64,000 nucleotides of DNA, taken from assembly GCA_964016885.1 (NCBI GenBank), contig OZ024745.1:77438001-77502000 (forward strand), read 5' to 3'. The DNA is from Eledone cirrhosa. Its lineage: Eukaryota. Of the stretch, positions 37,078-50,704 are shown piece after piece (positions within the stretch are counted from its first letter, which is position 1; every line of letters begins with the position of its first letter). Below the pieces are notes generated by a model. That model ran no database searches. It saw nothing but the letters and a program-made list of their open reading frames with translations, and was not told the DNA's origin. The translations under genes were made by a program, and so were the position numbers.

Positions 37078-37836
37078 TTATGTAATAAACAACATAAGAT
37101 AATTATTTCATTTACCAGTGGTTTCTTGAAAGCAGATGTATCTGTTTTCAGTCGTCAGAATGAATAAAAAGCATGGTGTTTTTATTAAATATGGATTTGA
37201 AAACAAAATTTAAGAAATATGAAAGTGAGGCTGAGGAAAAAACGGACGGAGAAGAAAAGGGGAAAGAAAAATAATATAAAAAAAAATATATATATATATA
37301 TATAAATAAACAATAAATATCCAGAACAAAAACATACACACAGTCACAACCACGCGCTTATACTTAAAAAGTACGTAGACGTATACTTACTCACATAAGT
37401 GTATATGCGACTACAGACGGGGACAAAAATACATACACATGAAGTAATAAGAAAAAAAGAGAAAAATAAATAAGAACAAAAAATACAAAGTTAAAAACAA
37501 AACCGAAATGAAGTCAAAAGGATACATGTTGACAACGAAAAGTTTTAGGAGGAGGGGAAAAAATGTTTATATTATTTTTCTTTCCCCTCTTCTTCTCCGC
37601 CCATTTTTACCTCTGCCTTACTTTCATATTTCTTAAATTTTGTTTTCAAATCCATATTTAATAAAAACACCATGCTTTTTATTCATTCTGACGACTGAAA
37701 ACAGATACATCTGCTTTCAAGAAAACACTGGTAAATGAAATAATTATCTTATGTTGTTTATTACATAACTAATAAGCACTGTAGCCTACATAGAGCACTC
37801 TTTTTTCCTGTACCTTTCCGACGGAATTACTTCACA
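37073..37836. mobile_element. Fold-back PLE-like element with a hammerhead in each arm and right tail
   Basis: Arms about 37073-37280 and 37568-37773; UCAUU-CUGACGA-CUGAAA..UUUCAA-GAAA-CC acu GG-UA-AAUGA at 37108-37163(-) and 37683-37738(+, one mutation). Confidence 0.85.
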
Positions 37837-38360
37837 TATATATATATATATAGGTGTGTGTCTGTGTGTGTATATCTTAACTATAATAAAGAAAGGAGTG
37901 TGGTACTGCGTCCTGAATAAATTTTTTTTATTCTGTTTGTAAAATAAGTTGGATTACTTTGAATAAATAATGAATAAATATTACATAATTTATGTTCTAA
38001 ATTTTGTAACTTTTGATTAAGTATAAATAATTTTATTGCTTATTATAAGATTCACTTCTTTAAAATTTTCAAATGTCAACACTTCCGGTTAGTGATTGCT
38101 TATATAAACATTCATATATTTCTATCCCTAATTTTTTTCATAATGCAGTTTATATATAATGTATATTTTTTTAAGGTATCATGGATTACTTTACTGATTA
38201 CATAAGAGAGTGTAACACAGACTTTGTTCAATTTCTGTGCATATTGTCAATTACGACTTCATTTGATGTATAATATCTACATGTATATATATTTGCGTAT
38301 AATATCAATATGGACACTACACATGGTAGCAGAAAACCACCTGAAGGGTGGTTTTTCTGC

Positions 38361-38700
38361 TAGTATATATAATGTAGAAAATGATGTTTAAGAAAGCTAA
38401 GACAATGCAAAATGGATGATAATGAAGGCAATGAAAACATTTGTTACTTGGTATATATTGTTATTGTTTTGTTTTGGTTTTTGTCCTAATATTTCGGGAC
38501 TTGAAGACCCCTTCTTCAGAGTATGGGGAACTACTAGAACAAAACGTCCCAGTCTTATGGCTTTGATAAATAAATACCAGGTAACAAACTTTTTCATTGC
38601 TGTCATTTTACTGTCCATTTTGCATTGTCTTAGCCTTCTTAAACATATCATTTTTTACATTATATACTATACACAATGCTTCAAGCAAACTACAACATCC
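38361..38700. mobile_element. Older fold-back element with a hammerhead-like motif in the spacer
   Basis: Arms about 38361-38462 and 38565-38669; minus-strand CUGAAGA-A-GGG..CCC-GAAAUAUUA at 38483-38523. Confidence 0.65.
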
Positions 38701-38744
<44 letters not shown>

Positions 38745-38861
38745 CATGACTCTAAATTTGCGTTACGTTTCGCTTTTTCTACCCGCTGAAATGTGATTCT
38801 CGCTGAATTTATATTATATATATATATATTATTATTATATGCCCCCCCCCCCCCCCCCCAC

Positions 38862-39132
38862 CGCAAGGTGGTCGTGGAGGTGCCACGGCAAAAAAGCACC
38901 CAGCCCACACTGTAAAGTGGACGTGTAGGCGCCACGAAAAAGCACCCAGCACTCACTGTAAATGAGGTTGGTGTTAGGAAGGGCATCCAGCTGTAGAAAT
39001 CAAGCCAGATCAGTTCCTGTATGAGCAAGGCATGGTCAGCCGACCAGACACTGCCCACAACAGGACAACCCGTCTAACCCATGCTAGCGTGGAAGAACGG
39101 ACGTAAAACGGTGATGATGATGATGATGATGA
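38862..39132 (+). mobile_element. SINE-2/RTE-type 3' fragment
   Basis: AAAAGCACCCAG..CACTGTAAA repeats, GGAAGGGCATCCAGC and (ATG)n tail. Confidence 0.8.
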
Positions 39133-39134
39133 TT

Positions 39135-39260
39135 GCAGATTAAAAGTTTAAGCAATAAATTATTTCTTTCACCCTAAGCTGGGTCCTCTGAAACTGAGAA
39201 AAATTAATCTGTGGACGCAGAAGTAAATATTTCAAAAACGTTATGTTTAAATATTGCCTT
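39135..39260 (-). mobile_element. Diverged PLE family B 3' end fragment
   Basis: Aligns by eye to 22085-22190. Confidence 0.6.
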
Positions 39261-39629
39261 TAGAAAATAAGAAGACATAACGGCAGTACATGGAGACATT
39301 CTCTTGAGATGTGCGAAACATATGCAAGGATATCTACTTCACCCCACCCCATACCACCCTCCCATACATCTCCCATGAGGACAGACCGAAAGTATATCTC
39401 CACTGAAGCCCCCAACACACACTGAAAAGTGGTCGTGTAAATGTTACGACAAAAAGCACCCAGTACTCACTGTAAATGAGGTTGGCGATAGGGAGGGCAT
39501 CCAGCTGTAGAAACCAAACCCAAATTGGTTCTGTATGAGCAAGACATGGTTACATGACCTGGCATTGCTCACAACAGGATAACTTGTCTAACCCATGCTA
39601 TCATGAAAGGATGGACGTTAAATGGTGAT

Positions 39630-39673
<44 letters not shown>

Positions 39674-40218
39674 GTCTCTCTAAATTTTTATATGATCTAT
39701 TAATAATTATTTCATTACACTTGTAATCTGTTTTATTTCAATGGAGCTTGTGTTCTACTTCTTTTTATTTCTATTTTTGCTATCAAATTTACATATGCAT
39801 GTTATAAAAGATATTAGATTCAAATGTGATTTTTTAATCCTAAACCTTGCCTTGTGGCTGTGGCTTATCTAGTGTATAGGTTTACTTGTGTAGCTTGTAT
39901 TTTTTAGTGAATTATCACTGCATGAGGTTTATGTTTAGACTACGTCTAGCTGTCTTTAATACTTTCTTTCTTATTTTTGCTAATTTAGTTTCTTTTTTTT
40001 TTCTTGTTTTTCAACCTTTACTGTTGTCACTACTGGGTAGTAAAAAAATGTACATGTATTATACTAACATACACAGGATTTTTTTTCCTTATGTTCATGG
40101 AGAACCAGATTATTGCTGTTCAATGAGGGATGACACTCCCACAGACCTTTTGAAATTCTAGCTACAATCAAAAGCTTAACAATTCTCTCTCTCTCTCCTT
40201 CTCTCTCTTTCTCCCCCC

Positions 40219-40250
<32 letters not shown>

Positions 40251-40809
40251 GTAAGGAGGTATGTATGTATGTATCTGGGTGTATCTATATGTGTATTTGT
40301 GTGTGTATGTATGTATTGCTGTATCTATATATTTATGAGTGTATGTGTCTTTGATATGTATTCATGTATGCAAGTGTGTCTTCATGTATGTGTGCACGAG
40401 TATATAGTTGCAATTATTTGCGTAGTTTTGTACATACATACACAAGTGCATAAGCACACCTATTATTTAACGTGTTAATAGCTTTGAAGCTGCAAATTAA
40501 AGAGCTTATTTTAAGCAGGGATAAGGCTAATTCAATAAAGAGTAAGAACCATCTAACCACATGCCAACAGAGCAGCAGCCATCCTGGAAATATGTGAATC
40601 TCTGTTGATAAATGGAAGGCCTAGAGGGCAGCTCAACTTATCTTTACCTTTATTACTGACTCACCACCTCTCCTTTCCTTCCTCTCTCTTATTTTATCTC
40701 AATTTCTCTTTCAGTCTCTTTACACACACACACACACACACACATTCATTCACATGTGTGCGTGCACACACACACACACACATCTTACAATGTATGTGTG
40801 TCACATTTT

Positions 40810-41130
40810 ACCTTTGACTTTTCTTTCTTTTTCTCCTCTGTCTTTCTTATCTTTTTTTCTGTTCATCTTTTTTTGTTCTCTCTTTCTCTTTTTATTTTCT
40901 GGCCTTCTTTTCTTTTATTCTCTCTTTCCACTCTCTCTTTCCACTCTCTCTCTCCCCCCCCCCCTCTCTCTCCCCCTCTCTCTTTCCCCTCTCTCTTTCT
41001 CCTCTCCATTTCCCCTCTCTTTCTCCTATCTCTCTCTCTTTCCCCTCTCTCTTCCCTCTCTCTCTCTTTCTCTCACTTCATTTCTTTCATATCTTTTGCT
41101 TTTTTTCTGTTTCTTTGTCTTTCTTTTTAG
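40810..41130. repeat. Polypyrimidine (CT)-rich low-complexity tract
   Basis: About 300 bp almost entirely C/T. Confidence 0.9.
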
Positions 41131-42199
41131 CTCCTTGGTCCCTGTCTCATTTTTTGTCTCATTGTCTGTGACAGTGTTAAAATTAAAAGAAATTTAATAA
41201 ATAAATCACAAAAACTGTACAATCCAATTAAGAGTGTAATAGTTTTATGTTGAATTTACTCTGGCCACTTACTTATTTTGATAACAAATATCTGATTCAT
41301 TTGAACTGCATCTCAGCATTTAGCCGCATACATTCACATTCTAAATTATTGGTTTATATAAATGGATACATCTATGCTATTCAGTCTATACACATATATA
41401 TTTTTATTTTAGGTATGAAAAATGCTATTTTAATTGAAATGAATAAATATGATGACAAAATAGAAAATAAAAGAATGCCAAAAAATAAATAGAGGTGAGG
41501 GAGGGGAAGGGGTAAACTCTACATCCTCGACTTGATGTTATATCTTAGCTATGTGCCATGGATAAGATGGCAAAAGTGTTGCCATAGAGAAAAGCCAGCA
41601 ATATTCATAGCATCAGTCATTCTAACCTGTGAGGTTTATTCTTCTGGCATGATACTCTCATCCTGATATATTGGTGGAAAATGGCAGCATATAAATTGAT
41701 TAACATATATTTCTCATGAATTTGATATATTTTGGTGGCAATAACTTGCTTCAATATTTATAAAATTAAAAAGCAAGACGATACCATGCATTCAGTAGTT
41801 CAGTTTAATGTTCATTTTTTCCCCAAAATATATGTTGTTTTATACCTAAAGTTAGATGGAGACAAGTAGACAACCATGATCATGTGTTATCTGATGTTAC
41901 AAGAGTTGTTCCATGCTTGTTTATAACGATGTATTCTTTTTTTAAAAATATAAACAGATACAATATGTGTAATGAGGTTAACTACAATTTTTACTGAGTA
42001 TTTATGACTTCAACCCTTATAGGTGTCATCTATGTTGTAAAATGGTGGCATCATTCACTATCTGCAGCGTGTTTAACAACACACAATATATCAGGAAAAC
42101 AAATATAGTCTTGATGATGTGATTTTTACAATTATAATTTTTTAGATTATTAGCCACATTTTTAAAGATGAAAAATATTACAATGTTTATGTCTTATGC

Positions 42200-42684
42200 T
42201 ATGTTTTGATCACACTCATGTCTCATCATCATTAGCTGTTTTATTCCTGGATATACACATAATACCAGACATGATTCAAACATATCTAAAAACAGTGACA
42301 CATCAGTGTTCAAGCAGATAAGAATGTTACTGCTCTCAGATTTAGAATAAAAAAGCTTTGAGTAGGAATATGACACCATAGGTGTTAATATTCAGGTATT
42401 TTTCACCTCCAAAGACTAGGTCTGAAACGTAATTGTTTTATAGATAATTGATTTTAGGCATTTTGTCTAATTTTTGTTTTTATTTTCCCTTTTTGTTTTC
42501 ATTTTTTCTTACTTTCCCCACATTTCTTTTTTACTTTATCTACTGACTGATGAAAGGCATCGCCTTAAATATTGTGCACTGACTTTCTTTCACATCTCCT
42601 GAGCGTTAAACTAATATTCTCAAGTTTGATCGTCTTCTGTCTTGTTTTTCCTTTTTTTTCTTTGCTTTTCTGTTAGTTTGTTCA

Positions 42685-42690
<6 letters not shown>
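42200..42690 (+). mobile_element. Decayed PLE-like 3' end
   Basis: CTGATGA AAGGC atc GCCT t AAA relic at about 42548-42570; T-rich UTR ending in (TA)n. Confidence 0.4.
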
Positions 42691-42736
<46 letters not shown>

Positions 42737-42738
<2 letters not shown>

Positions 42739-45700
42739 TCATTGTTTAACGTCCATCTTTGGTGCTAGCTTGGGTTTAGACAGGAATTGTCCCACTTGAG
42801 GCAATATTGGTTGGGTGACCATGTCTTGCTCGTATAGGACTGTCTGGCAGGTTTTCTATGGCTGGATGCCCTTCCTAACACCAACCACATTTACAGTGTG
42901 GACTGGGAGGTTTTTACTGTGTTACCTACACGGCCACATTACAGCGTGGACTGTGTGTATTTTTTTTGTCGTGACACCTACACGACCTCATTTATTTTGG
43001 ACTGGATGTTGTGGTACCAACATAACTTTACAGAGAAAGGGGTGGTAGGGGTAGTAGGATGGGGGTGTATATTTGGTTAAGAGGTGCCTACTGACTGTAG
43101 GTTTCGCTTTGTACATAGGCAAGGCGGGTCTTCTGTATTACTGCGTAGTGCCAAAGATCTCGGTCCAGTGATAGAGAGGTGTAAGTGTGTAAGGTCGGAA
43201 TTTATCAAATCATCCCAGGTTTTGCTGGGTCTACCTACTCCATAGCTTCCATCTATTTTGATCGCCCTGCACTTTTTTATACAGCTGTCATCTTTCATGC
43301 GCATCACATGACATACCAACGTAGTCTTCTCTCGAGTAAACAGCATCTGATCACTCTTATTCCTAATTTCTCACTTAGTTCATTTATGTTTTGCCGTTCG
43401 TATATTACTATTACGCATCCAATGGAGCATGCAGGTTTCGTTCCTCTCCAGTCTGCGTATATCCTCTGCACACAATGCCCATGTCTCACTGCCATGTAAC
43501 ATTGCTGTTCATATGCAGGCATCATACAGTCTGCCTTTCATTTTTAGAGAGAAACCTTTAGCGGCCAATAGTGGTATAAGCTCTCTGAACTTTTTTCATC
43601 CCGTTCTGACTCTAGCTACTGTACTTTCAGAGCACCCTTCACCACTGCTGATTTTGTCACCCAGGTAACAGAAGGTGTCCACTATTTCTATAGAACCATC
43701 TGGGCAATGGAAGGAGTTAGTATCCTGTGGGCACTTGCTACTACTTATTGCACCTGAGCACCAGCCACATATAAAATCTATGTTCTTAGTTAGCTTACCT
43801 GTGATCCCACTTTGCATTTGGGACATAAAATGGAGTTTCTGCCTACTCCTTTCCTACACACTGAGCATGGCCATTTCCCAGAGAGGACCAGTGTTCTATT
43901 TTCCTTCCTACTTACTAGAAATTTAGTCCTAGACAAGTTAACTTTAAGGCCTTTTGATTCTAGGCCATGCTTCCATGTTTGCAATTTCTTCTCTAGTTCG
44001 GCCATTGATTCAGCTATGAACGTTAGATCATCTGCGTATAGAAGTTCCCATGGGCAGCCGGTCTTGAACTCCTCTGTTATAACCTGAAGAGCAATAATAA
44101 ATAGGAGGGGGCTAAGGACAGAGCCTTGATGAACACCATCTTTTACGCTAAATTCTTCACTATATTCATTGTTAATTCTAACCTTGCTGACTGTTTCTTT
44201 ATATATGGCTTGTATAGCTCTCACAAGCCATTCATCTACACCTAGTTTTCTAAGAGCCCACCAGATAATGGAGCAGGGGACTCTGTCGAAGACTTTCTCC
44301 AAGTCAACAAAAGCTAAGTAGAGGGGTTAACTTTTAGCTAGGTACTTCTCCTGTAGTTGTCGTACAAGGAAAAGAGAGTCTTTGGTACTTTTACCTGACA
44401 AAAACCCAAACTGCATTTCATCTAGATCAATTCGCTCTCTGATTAGTTGTGCTATAACTCTTTCTGTGACCTTCATGACCTGTTCAACTAACTTAATGCC
44501 TCTATAGTTCCCCCTATCTAGAGCATCTCCTTTACCCTTGTAGCAGTTAATGATTATGTTGCTACGCCAGTCATTTCGTATGACCCCATACTGTATTACT
44601 TGGTTTACTATCCGGGTGACCATAGTATGTCCCACCATTTCAGATGCTTTCAACATCTCACGAACTATCTCCGAAGGCCCAGCTGCCTTGCCCGTCTTCA
44701 TATCTTTGATTGCCTTATTTATTATACTACCTTTAACTGGCACCGCTGGTCCCTCTATTGGATTGGTTTGGGGCAGACTATTTTTTACCTATTTATTCTC
44801 CTCATTTAGTAGTCTCTCGTAGTGACACTTCCAAGCTACCTTCTTATCAGCGTCAGTGATGGCAAGTACACCATCATCATTAAGGACACACTTGCCCCTG
44901 ACAATATCACGGTTTTCCTTTACACATTGTCTTGCAATCCTGAACACCTCATGTTTTTGGTCCTCACGTTGTAGAACATGCTTGAACTTTCTATCCTCTG
45001 CTTCCCTTCTTGCAAAGTACACTTTTCTCCTAGCTTCTCTCCTGGCCACTTAATAGTTTTCTCTACTTCCCCCATCCCACCATACTTTCCAAGCCTGCTT
45101 TTTGGCCTTCATTGACTCCTCCACCTTGCTGTTCCACCACCAAGTTACTCTCCTCCTGCCTATAAGCCTGCTTCAGCCACAGATTTCATCTGTTGCCTTC
45201 AGCAGGTTAACTTTCAAGAATTCCCACTGTTCCTCTATATTGTACGTCTCTAATTGCTCTTCCTTGCTGTCAAAAGCATCAAGTAATATGCTGTTATATT
45301 TGTTACTGGCTGTGGGGTCCTTCAACTTTCATATTATTCTTCTCAGGGTAGTCCTCCTTTGTTGTCGAATATGTCTAGTCCTGACTATGAGGTCACTAAC
45401 TATGAGGTTATGTTGGAGGGATTTAGTGTTTACAACAGACACTCTGTCACGTCTTCTAGTAAGGATATAATCTATCTGGCTGGCGTATTCCCCTGATCTA
45501 TAGGTGATCAAGTGATTGTCTCGTTTTTTAAAGTTTGTGTTACAGATAGTTTGGTTATTAGCGTCACAGAATTCCAGGATTCTGAAGCCTTCTTAATTTC
45601 TAGTACCAAACCCATAGCCTCCATGGATTCCGTCATAGCCACCACAATGTTGTCCAATGACCATTTTGGTCGCCAGCAATAATTATGTAGTCACTGACAG

Positions 45701-45758
45701 TTATTTGGGAGGTAGTGAGCATTAGCAACTCATATAATCTGTCTTTTATAACGTCAGG
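42737..45758 (-). mobile_element. RTE LINE family B, long copy (APE endonuclease + RT), pseudogenised
   Basis: IIAGD.NGH, GYGFGTRN, SQIDYIL (endonuclease); NYRGIKL, QFGF, LYADD (RT); multiple frameshifts. Confidence 0.95.
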
Positions 45759-45767
45759 TTATATATA

Positions 45768-47057
45768 TCATCATGTCCGCTTTTCCATGCTTGCATGGGT
45801 TGGCTGGGTCCTTCTCAGCATGTCATCTCTCCACACATCGCCTTCCTTTGTCATCGCCTCTGTGAGTCTCAGTGATTTGAGGTCAGCTCTCACAACCTCT
45901 GTCCAGGTCTCTCTTCATCTACCTCTACTGTGACTTCCTTCCACTGGCATCTCCTGGCACTTTTTCACCTAATGATTATTGTCCATATGCATCACATGTC
46001 CAAACTAATGCAATCTTCTCTCCTGCTCACCACTTCGAATTCTTCTTAAACCCAACTTTTCCTTGAATTCGTCCAAATTCTGCCTTTTTCTCATACTTAC
46101 ATTGCACATCTAACAGAGCATGGTTGCTTCATTTTTCTCCAGACAATGCATGCCCTCTGCAGTTACAGTCTATGTTTCACTACCATGACTCATCACATTT
46201 CACACATTGGAGTCATACAGTCGTCTTTTTGTATGTAGGAAAACACCTTTAGTTGTCAACAGTGGGAGTAGCTCTCTAAACTTCTTCCATCCTATCCTTA
46301 TTCTAGCTATTATGCTCTCAGAGCACCCTTTTCTGCAGCTAATTAAGTGACCTAGATAGCAGAAGCTATCAACCACTTCTATGTGTCCTTCCTGTGACTG
46401 GAATAGGTTTACATCACTGGTTAGCTTTCCCTTGGTTACCCCTGTGCATCCTCAACACACAAAGTATTTTCTTCCTCTTAGCTTACTCATTATCCCACTA
46501 CATCTACTGTGTACCCAAGATTTACATTGTGTACATCATATGGAATTTATGCCTACCCTCTTTCTACATATAGAGCAGGGTCACTTTCCTAAAGGAATCA
46601 GGATCCTATCTTCTCTCCTACTCACTAGTACTTTAGTTTTGGCTAAGTTTACTCTTAGGCCTTTTGATCTTAAATCCTGTTTCCATAGTTGGAACTTATT
46701 TTCTAGGTCTTTAATGGATGCGGCTATAAAGATCAGATCATAGAGAAGTTCCCATGGGCAACCGGTCTTTAACTCTTCTGTTATAGCCTGGAGGACTATA
46801 ATAAATAAGAACCGAACCTTGATGAACTCCTACTTGTACCTTGAATTCCTCACTAAACTCATTTCCTACTCTTACTTTACTGACAGCTCTTCTGTACAAG
46901 ACTTGCACTGCTCTCACCAATGATTCTTCTACACCTAATTTCCTTAAAGACCATCAGATAATAGATCGGCGTACTCTGGTCAACGAAACCTAGGTATAGT
47001 GGGTTATTTTTGGCTAAGAACTTCTCTTGTAGTTGCCTCACTAAAAAGAGGGTGTCT
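45768..47057 (-). mobile_element. Older RTE LINE (family A-like) 3' part
   Basis: LFLVRQLQEKFLAK..GVHQGSV..FPCSICRKRVGINSI..WVHSRC; many stops. Confidence 0.9.
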
Positions 47058-47064
47058 GTGTGTA

Positions 47065-47114
<50 letters not shown>

Positions 47115-47302
47115 GGTTTGAGGTTTACCACTGTATAGAGCTGGTCTATTCCGTATGGTCAATCGTAATGCAATAATATAGAGAGTACTCGACGTAAGGC
47201 AGTTCAACCGTCTTTGTTTTTGTAGTTGGTGGTGCTATTACGGAGTTAAATATAATGAAATGACAGGAGGCTGGATTTGTGTAAATCCTTGAAAGGTTTA
47301 TT

Positions 47303-47360
47303 ATACTATAATCATTTCAATGACCGGGTTCCGTATGAATCCGGTGATATCATCAGGTAT
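47303..47360 (-). ncRNA. Type I hammerhead ribozyme (left arm)
   Basis: AUAC-CUGAUGA-stem II (ACCGG/CCGGU)-GAAA-UGAUUA-UA-GUAU. Confidence 0.7.
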
Positions 47361-48924
47361 TCGAAATATAATACGTGAATGTAATAGATAAAATCCATGG
47401 GGCTGAAAATCGAGGGCCCGAGGGCGACCGCTATTCTGTTCCTTCAACCTCAGCCGGTCGCCCTCGAGTGACGTGGCTAAAGTTTATAGTATGCTACTAC
47501 CGGTCAGATAAAGGAAAACAGAAAGGGATGGGAACATAAGTTAGCGTCAATCTCATGACACAAGGTAAAAGAAAGAAAGAAAGGAAGGAGAGAGAAGAAG
47601 GGGGAAGAAAGAAGAAGAGAAGCCAGGGTTAATGTCAGCTAAAAGAAGAAATGCAACTACTATCGGTCAGATATAGGCAAGCAAGAGGGGGAAGGAAGAT
47701 AAGTCTGCGGGAGGAAGGCAAGAAGAGGGGAGAAGAGAAGGAAGAGAAGAGAGAAGTAGAAAAGTAAGGGTTGATGGCTACAAGAAGGAAGATAGAAAGA
47801 AAGAGGAAGAAAGGTCGATATTAATGTCAGACACAGTCAGGCCAGGAGTGGCGCGAGAAAATTTTCACAGGGACCCGCATCTTAGCAGAGGTGAATATAT
47901 TGGGAGTCAGTGTGTTACAGTGTTTAGACTTCTAGGATGAAGTTAAAAAATTAATAATCAATATTCAATATCAAAGAGATTAGAAAATTTAAAGTTCAAC
48001 AGTTTAACATTTTCAGGTTGATATATCTAATAGTTCCGATGTGTTCTGTAATTTAAAGGTACTATGTGGCGGTTATAACACCGGCCGCGCCCCGGGCCCC
48101 ATGGCGAATTAAGCTACGCCGAGTATTTTCATTTACCGAAAGAAGTGGAAATATGAAAATACTCGGCGTAGCTTAATTCGCCATGGGGCCCGGGGCGCGG
48201 CTGGTGTTTTAACCGCCACATAGTACCTTTAAATTACAGAACAAATCGGAACTATTAGATATATCAACCTGAAAATGTTAAACTGTTGAACTTTAAATTT
48301 TCTAATCTCTTTGATATTGAATATTGATTATTAATTTTTTAACTTCATCCTAGAAGTCTAAACACTGTAACACACTGACTCCCAATATATTCACCTCTGC
48401 TAAGATGCGGGTCCCTGTGAAAATTTTCTCGCGCCACTCCTGGCCTGACTGTGTCTGACATTAATATCGACCTTTCTTCCTCTTTCTTTCTATCTTCCTT
48501 CTTGTAGCCATCAACCCTTACTTTTCTACTTCTCTCTTCTCTTCCTTCTCTTCTCCCCTCTTCTTGCCTTCCTCCCGCAGACTTATCTTCCTTCCCCCTC
48601 TTGCTTGCCTATATCTGACCGATAGTAGTTGCATTTGTTCTTTTAGCTGACATTAACCCTGGCTTCTCTTCTTCTTTCTTCCCCCTTCTTCTCTCTCCTT
48701 CCTTTCTTTCTTTCTTTTACCTTGTGTCATGAGATTGACGCTAACTTATGTTCCCATCCCTTTCTGTTTTCCTTTATCTGACCGGTAGTAGCATACTATA
48801 AACTTTAGCCACGTCACTCGAGGGCGACCGGCTGAGGTTGAAGGAACAGAGTAGCGGTCGCCCTCGGGCCCTCGATTTTCAGCCCCATGGATTTTATCTA
48901 TTACATTCACGTATTATATTTCGA

Positions 48925-48982
48925 ATACCTGATGATATCACCGGATTCATACGAAACCCGGTCATTGAAATGATCATAGTAT
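48925..48982 (+). ncRNA. Type I hammerhead ribozyme (right arm)
   Basis: AUAC-CUGAUGA-..ACCGG..CCGGU..-GAAA-UGAUCA-UA-GUAU; palindromic stem III AUGAUCAU; immediately followed by AATAAA. Confidence 0.78.
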
Positions 48983-49028
48983 AATAAACCTTTCAAGGAT
49001 TTACACAAATCCAGCCTCCTGTCATTTC

Positions 49029-49068
<40 letters not shown>

Positions 49069-49552
49069 AAATATTGCATCCAAAGTTTTAATTTTGAAGT
49101 ACTGAGGGATTTTGAATTTCATAGAAAATATAGCATACAGACATAACATGGAATTACAGTTGATTGCTTTAAATTACTTAGAAAAATTAGGTAAAGACCT
49201 GTTATGGACAGAAATACGTTATGAGCAGCCACGACGAGGAATCAAATCTCATATATTTATATATATATAGCCACTGGAATTAGTGAAACTCGAGTACTGG
49301 TCAGTTGAAATATATATATATTACATACAGACACACGCATTCATATACATACATATAAAGCATAGGCATTCTTGTGAAGCATTCTTCTCTACCACATGGT
49401 TTTTTAGTCAGAGCTCACTCTATAGCTTCTTGGATTGACCAATGTCATGTGAGTAAAATTGGTTGATGAAAATTGTGCAGAAGCCCAGCATCTATATGTG
49501 AGTGTGTGTCTGTTTGTCACTGCATATGTTTTTGCATTATATTGACACTGAT

Positions 49553-49740
49553 GGCGGTGGATTGGCAGTATCGGTAGAGGGTCGGACGCCATGCTCTGAC
49601 ACACAGAGTTACGGCCCTTGCCATTCTGAGTTCAAATCCCGCTGAGGTTAACTTTGCCTTTCATCCTGACGGGGTCGATAAAATAAAGTACCAGTAATGC
49701 ACTGGGGTAATTGCTGGCCTTGTGCCAAAAAGTAGAAACA
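49553..49740 (+). mobile_element. SINE family 1, full length, with 15-bp TSD, nested in an older SINE
   Basis: ATTATATTGACACTG at 49536-49550 and 49741-49755. Confidence 0.9.
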
Positions 49741-50127
49741 ATTATATTGACACTGCTTGGATAGCTGATGATGCTGGTTTATGCTTCATAACTCAGAAAT
49801 CTGGTATGTAAATATTAATACTTTACTTAGAAAGAAGTGGTGATGAAGAAAGGCATACTACCTCCAAAATATCTCATTGAAGCGATGTTAGCATGGAAAA
49901 TCTAAATGAATGCCATGACAATCGCATATAAGCCAGGAGCTGACACAGCATACTGGAGTGAAAATTTTCATGCATGTGCAGGAAGGGTGATGTCACCTCC
50001 CACCCGAAGGTGGCATTAGTTTTGGTGAGAAAAATAAAGTTGGATACTTTTTGAATGCACCTCAAATATAAAATAGATTATTGGGAGAAATAATTTACCA
50101 TATTGGTATTAGACCTAATCCTGTTAA

Positions 50128-50335
50128 CCCTTTAGCATTTACATTACCCTATATTTCCTATTTTATTTTCACGGTAAAGGCTTTACCTCACATAATATCA
50201 ACTTTGGGAGATTTTGATATTATTTATTTTGAGAACAATACATTAAAGTCATAATGAGGGGCAAGTTATGGCTGGTTTGAACAGAATGAGGGGAGACAAT
50301 TCTGGCCGGATATAGCTGGTTTAAATTCTAAAGGG
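50128..50335. mobile_element. TTAA-flanked piggyBac-type MITE
   Basis: TTAA CCCTTTAGCATTTA ... TAAATTCTAAAGGG TTAA. Confidence 0.8.
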
Positions 50336-50704
50336 TTAAAGAAGCTATGCTCTTCATTCAACTAGAGAAAATAAAATAAATACTAGTGGTGGTCGATTGA
50401 ATTGTCTATACAGTTTGCACTGTAAAACCTGCTCTTGTATATGCAGAATAAATCAATATTACATTGAATTAGTATGCACTGTTAAATAGGGGTAAATACT
50501 TGTTGGGCCATTTTACTTCATTTGTGCTAATAATACTCTTGAAATTATTTCATTGAAATAGTTGACACATTTCCCTTGCAGTGTCTTCAGATTATGGCAA
50601 ATAAAGCTTTGTACTGATAAAATGTGGCTCAAATGTATCTAGAGATTGTCTTTGGTGATATGATTATACTATTGTTGTTTTTATAATAATAATTATTATT
50701 ATTA

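Larger units (their letters stand above)
47111..49034. mobile_element. 1.9-kb palindromic PLE-like element (882-bp arms, about 20-bp spacer, 140-bp left tail)
   Basis: 47251-48132 is the reverse complement of 48153-49034 with only a handful of mismatches; TA flanks. Confidence 0.92.

Noticed and set aside
40754-41197. 147-aa Leu/Ser/Phe-rich membrane-like ORF
   Set aside because: Translation of the CT-rich low-complexity tract
47251-49034. Palindromes as amplification or assembly chimeras
   Set aside because: Arms differ by substitutions, have asymmetric tails, end precisely at TA tracts and recur in many families at different divergence; provisionally judged biological, though long reads are still needed
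49185-49240. Possible further hammerhead relic (TAAAGA CCTGTT atg GACA GAAATACGT)
   Set aside because: The CUGA core is missing and stems I/III cannot be formed; too degenerate to call
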